44,165 nucleotides of DNA from a virus. Its lineage: Duplodnaviria > Caudoviricetes. Within the stretch, counting starts at the first letter, position 1, and each line of letters opens with the position of its first letter. Made by a program: the position numbers and the translations under genes. Where the stretch lies: positions 1 to 44,165 of the IMG/VR virus record IMGVR_UViG_3300015050_000809. One strand, 5' to 3'. Below, in pieces: positions 42,475-44,165 of the stretch. The notes below the pieces were generated by a model. It ran no database searches, was not told where the DNA came from, and worked only from the letters and a program-made list of their open reading frames with translations.

Positions 42475-42663
42475 ATGCTGCCGAAGACAAGTAGCACCCT
42501 TTCGCCCGCGGCTGGCGATCTCGGCCTTGGCGACATGCTCGGTCAGCAGGTCATGGACGAGACCGAGGAAGCCCGGAAAAAGCGGATGGCGCAGATGCGC
42601 GACCGGAGCGACGGCGGCTCGCTCGCGGCGCTTTCGCTGTTCGGCGGAGGCCTCGGTGGGTGA
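42475..42663 (+). CDS. Small pre-portal protein
   Basis: 62 aa, SD GGAG; DLGLGD.L.QQV..ETEE.RKKR. Confidence 0.65.
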   Translation: MLPKTSSTLSPAAGDLGLGDMLGQQVMDETEEARKKRMAQMRDRSDGGSLAALSLFGGGLGG

Positions 42664-43132
42664 ACTCGAAATTCTGAACGTACACAAGCTGTCGAAGGAA
42701 TTCCGCGTCATGTGGCAGGGCCGCGCGCTTGCGGCGGCAACCGGCACGACCGCGGCCGTGCTGCTATCGGTGCTGGCGCACAACTACGACGATGCCATGC
42801 CCGTGATGCTGCGCGTCGTGAAGCCGATCACATGGGATGCCGAAAACCAGACGGTCAAGGCGCCGTTCCTGTCGAGCGCCGGCAAGGTCGCAAAGTCCGG
42901 TGCCATCGTCGCCGACGTGGTGCAGGCAAACGGAAAAATCGTCAAAGGCGCCGTGCTGTACCTCAACGAGACCGAATTGCGCGACGACTTCCGGCGCCTG
43001 GCAGACCGCCTGAAACTCAGCGACGCCGACCGCACGGAAATGTTCATGGCTGTGCAGCGATGGGTCGTTGCCGATACCCGCCTTGATCCAAATTTTGACC
43101 CGAAGGATCCCGATGCAAAGCGGCTCAACTAG
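42656..43132 (+). CDS. Conserved hypothetical protein
   Basis: SD GGAGG before GTG 42656; normal codon bias. Confidence 0.65.
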   Translation: MGELEILNVHKLSKEFRVMWQGRALAAATGTTAAVLLSVLAHNYDDAMPVMLRVVKPITWDAENQTVKAPFLSSAGKVAKSGAIVADVVQANGKIVKGAVLYLNETELRDDFRRLADRLKLSDADRTEMFMAVQRWVVADTRLDPNFDPKDPDAKRLN

Positions 43133-43616
43133 TCCGGCGCGCCGAGCCGCTAAGATTGAGGCGAAGCGTAGGCATTACGCCCGCCATCGAGAAAGGCTTG
43201 TCGAAGAAAAGCGCCAAATCAGGAAGAACAACCCTGAGAAAAATCGAAGCGCTAAGCGAAGATATTACGCTCGCAATCGAGGCGCAGTGATCGAAAAAGT
43301 GCGCCTTTATTACGCAGCCAATCCCGACAAACGGAAGTGCTCGGCAGAGAAAATTCACGAACGTAATCTGCGACGCAAGTACGGACTGACCGTCGCGGAC
43401 TACAATGCGATGTTTCAACGGCAGGAAGGCAAATGTCTTATCTGCTCAAAGCATCAGTCTGACTTAAAGCGACGGCTTTACGTTGACCACGATCATTCGA
43501 CTGGCGCGGTTCGAGGGTTGCTTTGCAGACGATGCAACAGCCTTTTAGGATTCGCCTGTGACGAAATACCAACACTCCAGCGAGCTATTTCATATTTGGA
43601 GCGGAGCGCATTATGA
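43113..43616 (+). CDS. Endonuclease VII-family (His-Me) endonuclease, probably homing
   Basis: KYGLT..DY..M...Q.GKC.IC...VDHDH.TG.VRGLLC..CN..LG; lower GC than neighbours. Confidence 0.88.
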   Translation: MQSGSTSPARRAAKIEAKRRHYARHRERLVEEKRQIRKNNPEKNRSAKRRYYARNRGAVIEKVRLYYAANPDKRKCSAEKIHERNLRRKYGLTVADYNAMFQRQEGKCLICSKHQSDLKRRLYVDHDHSTGAVRGLLCRRCNSLLGFACDEIPTLQRAISYLERSAL

Positions 43617-44165
43617 GCACCGCAACTGATCTTGCGACATACGACAAGGCGGCCGATCCTATTCGCAAGAACAGGATGATCTCCGATCGCGAGGCCGCGA
43701 TCGTTGACGACATCCTGCGCGAGTTCGGGCAGTACCAGATTTGGCGGTCGCAATATGCGTCACAGTGCGAGGAAGTCGCGCAACTGATCCTGCCGACGTC
43801 GAGCAACACGTTTTTCTTCCAGAATTTCAACTGGCCCGGCGCCAAGAAGACGCAGCAGCAGGTCGATGCGACCGGCGCGCTGGCGCTGCACCGGTTCTGC
43901 GCGATCGCGGATTCACTGGTGACGCCGCGCAACATGCAGTGGCATGGATTGCAAGGCGACGACTACGTGATGAAGGATCGGGCGTCGCGTCTGTGGTTCG
44001 AGCAGACCACAAAGGAAATATTCAAGCTTCGCTATGCGTCATACGCCAATTTCGCGGCGCAGAATTACAACAACTGGCAGTCGCTCGGCGCGTTCGGCAA
44101 TTCGACCATGTACGTCGACAAGTTCGACGGTCGGTGGCACCGCGGACAGCGCGGCTTCCGCTACA
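43613..44165 (+). CDS. Portal protein, 5' part (continues at position 124)
   Basis: ATG overlapping the endonuclease stop; EEVAQLILP, DATGALA...F.....SLVTP...W; open to the window end. Confidence 0.9.
   Translation, partial: MSTATDLATYDKAADPIRKNRMISDREAAIVDDILREFGQYQIWRSQYASQCEEVAQLILPTSSNTFFFQNFNWPGAKKTQQQVDATGALALHRFCAIADSLVTPRNMQWHGLQGDDYVMKDRASRLWFEQTTKEIFKLRYASYANFAAQNYNNWQSLGAFGNSTMYVDKFDGRWHRGQRGFRY
44043..44165. repeat. Terminal direct repeat copy 2
   Basis: Identical to 1-123. Confidence 0.97.

Overview
The window is a complete, circularly assembled genome of a GC-rich temperate podovirus-type phage. Bases 1-123 repeat exactly at 44043-44165, giving a unit length of about 44,042 bp, and the join falls inside the portal gene. 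The host is probably an alphaproteobacterium of the Hyphomicrobiales (Bradyrhizobium-like); this is inferred from gene content and a GTTC-N7-GTTC LexA box. The + strand late module runs terS, terL, an endonuclease VII-family gene, portal, Bbp19-like protein, scaffold, major capsid, minor virion proteins, tail tubular A/B with inserted carbohydrate-binding-like repeats, three ejection proteins, GH19 endolysin and holin. The - strand early/accessory arm carries about 35 small ORFs, a tyrosine integrase and excisionase, two DNA methyltransferases, RecT/YqaJ and a secreted CHAP-like protein. A lambda-like switch has an HTH-only repressor, Cro and four 19-bp operators. The + strand replication module has an initiator with iterons, a primase-less SF4 helicase and a third methyltransferase. 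The most striking unexplained structure is a family of about 23 degenerate 11+7+11 bp inverted-repeat sites lying at gene junctions of the leftward arm. They occupy almost every junction of a 4-kb array of small ORFs directly downstream of an integrase that lacks an obvious arm-binding domain, which suggests an integron-like gene-cassette system. Other signals are a six-copy GTGCGTTGC late-promoter motif, three repeated bulged hairpins in the capsid 5' leader, and a plasmid-Rep-like C-terminal protein followed by a 63-bp inverted repeat next to the packaging region. All calls come from reading the sequence by eye; no searches were run.
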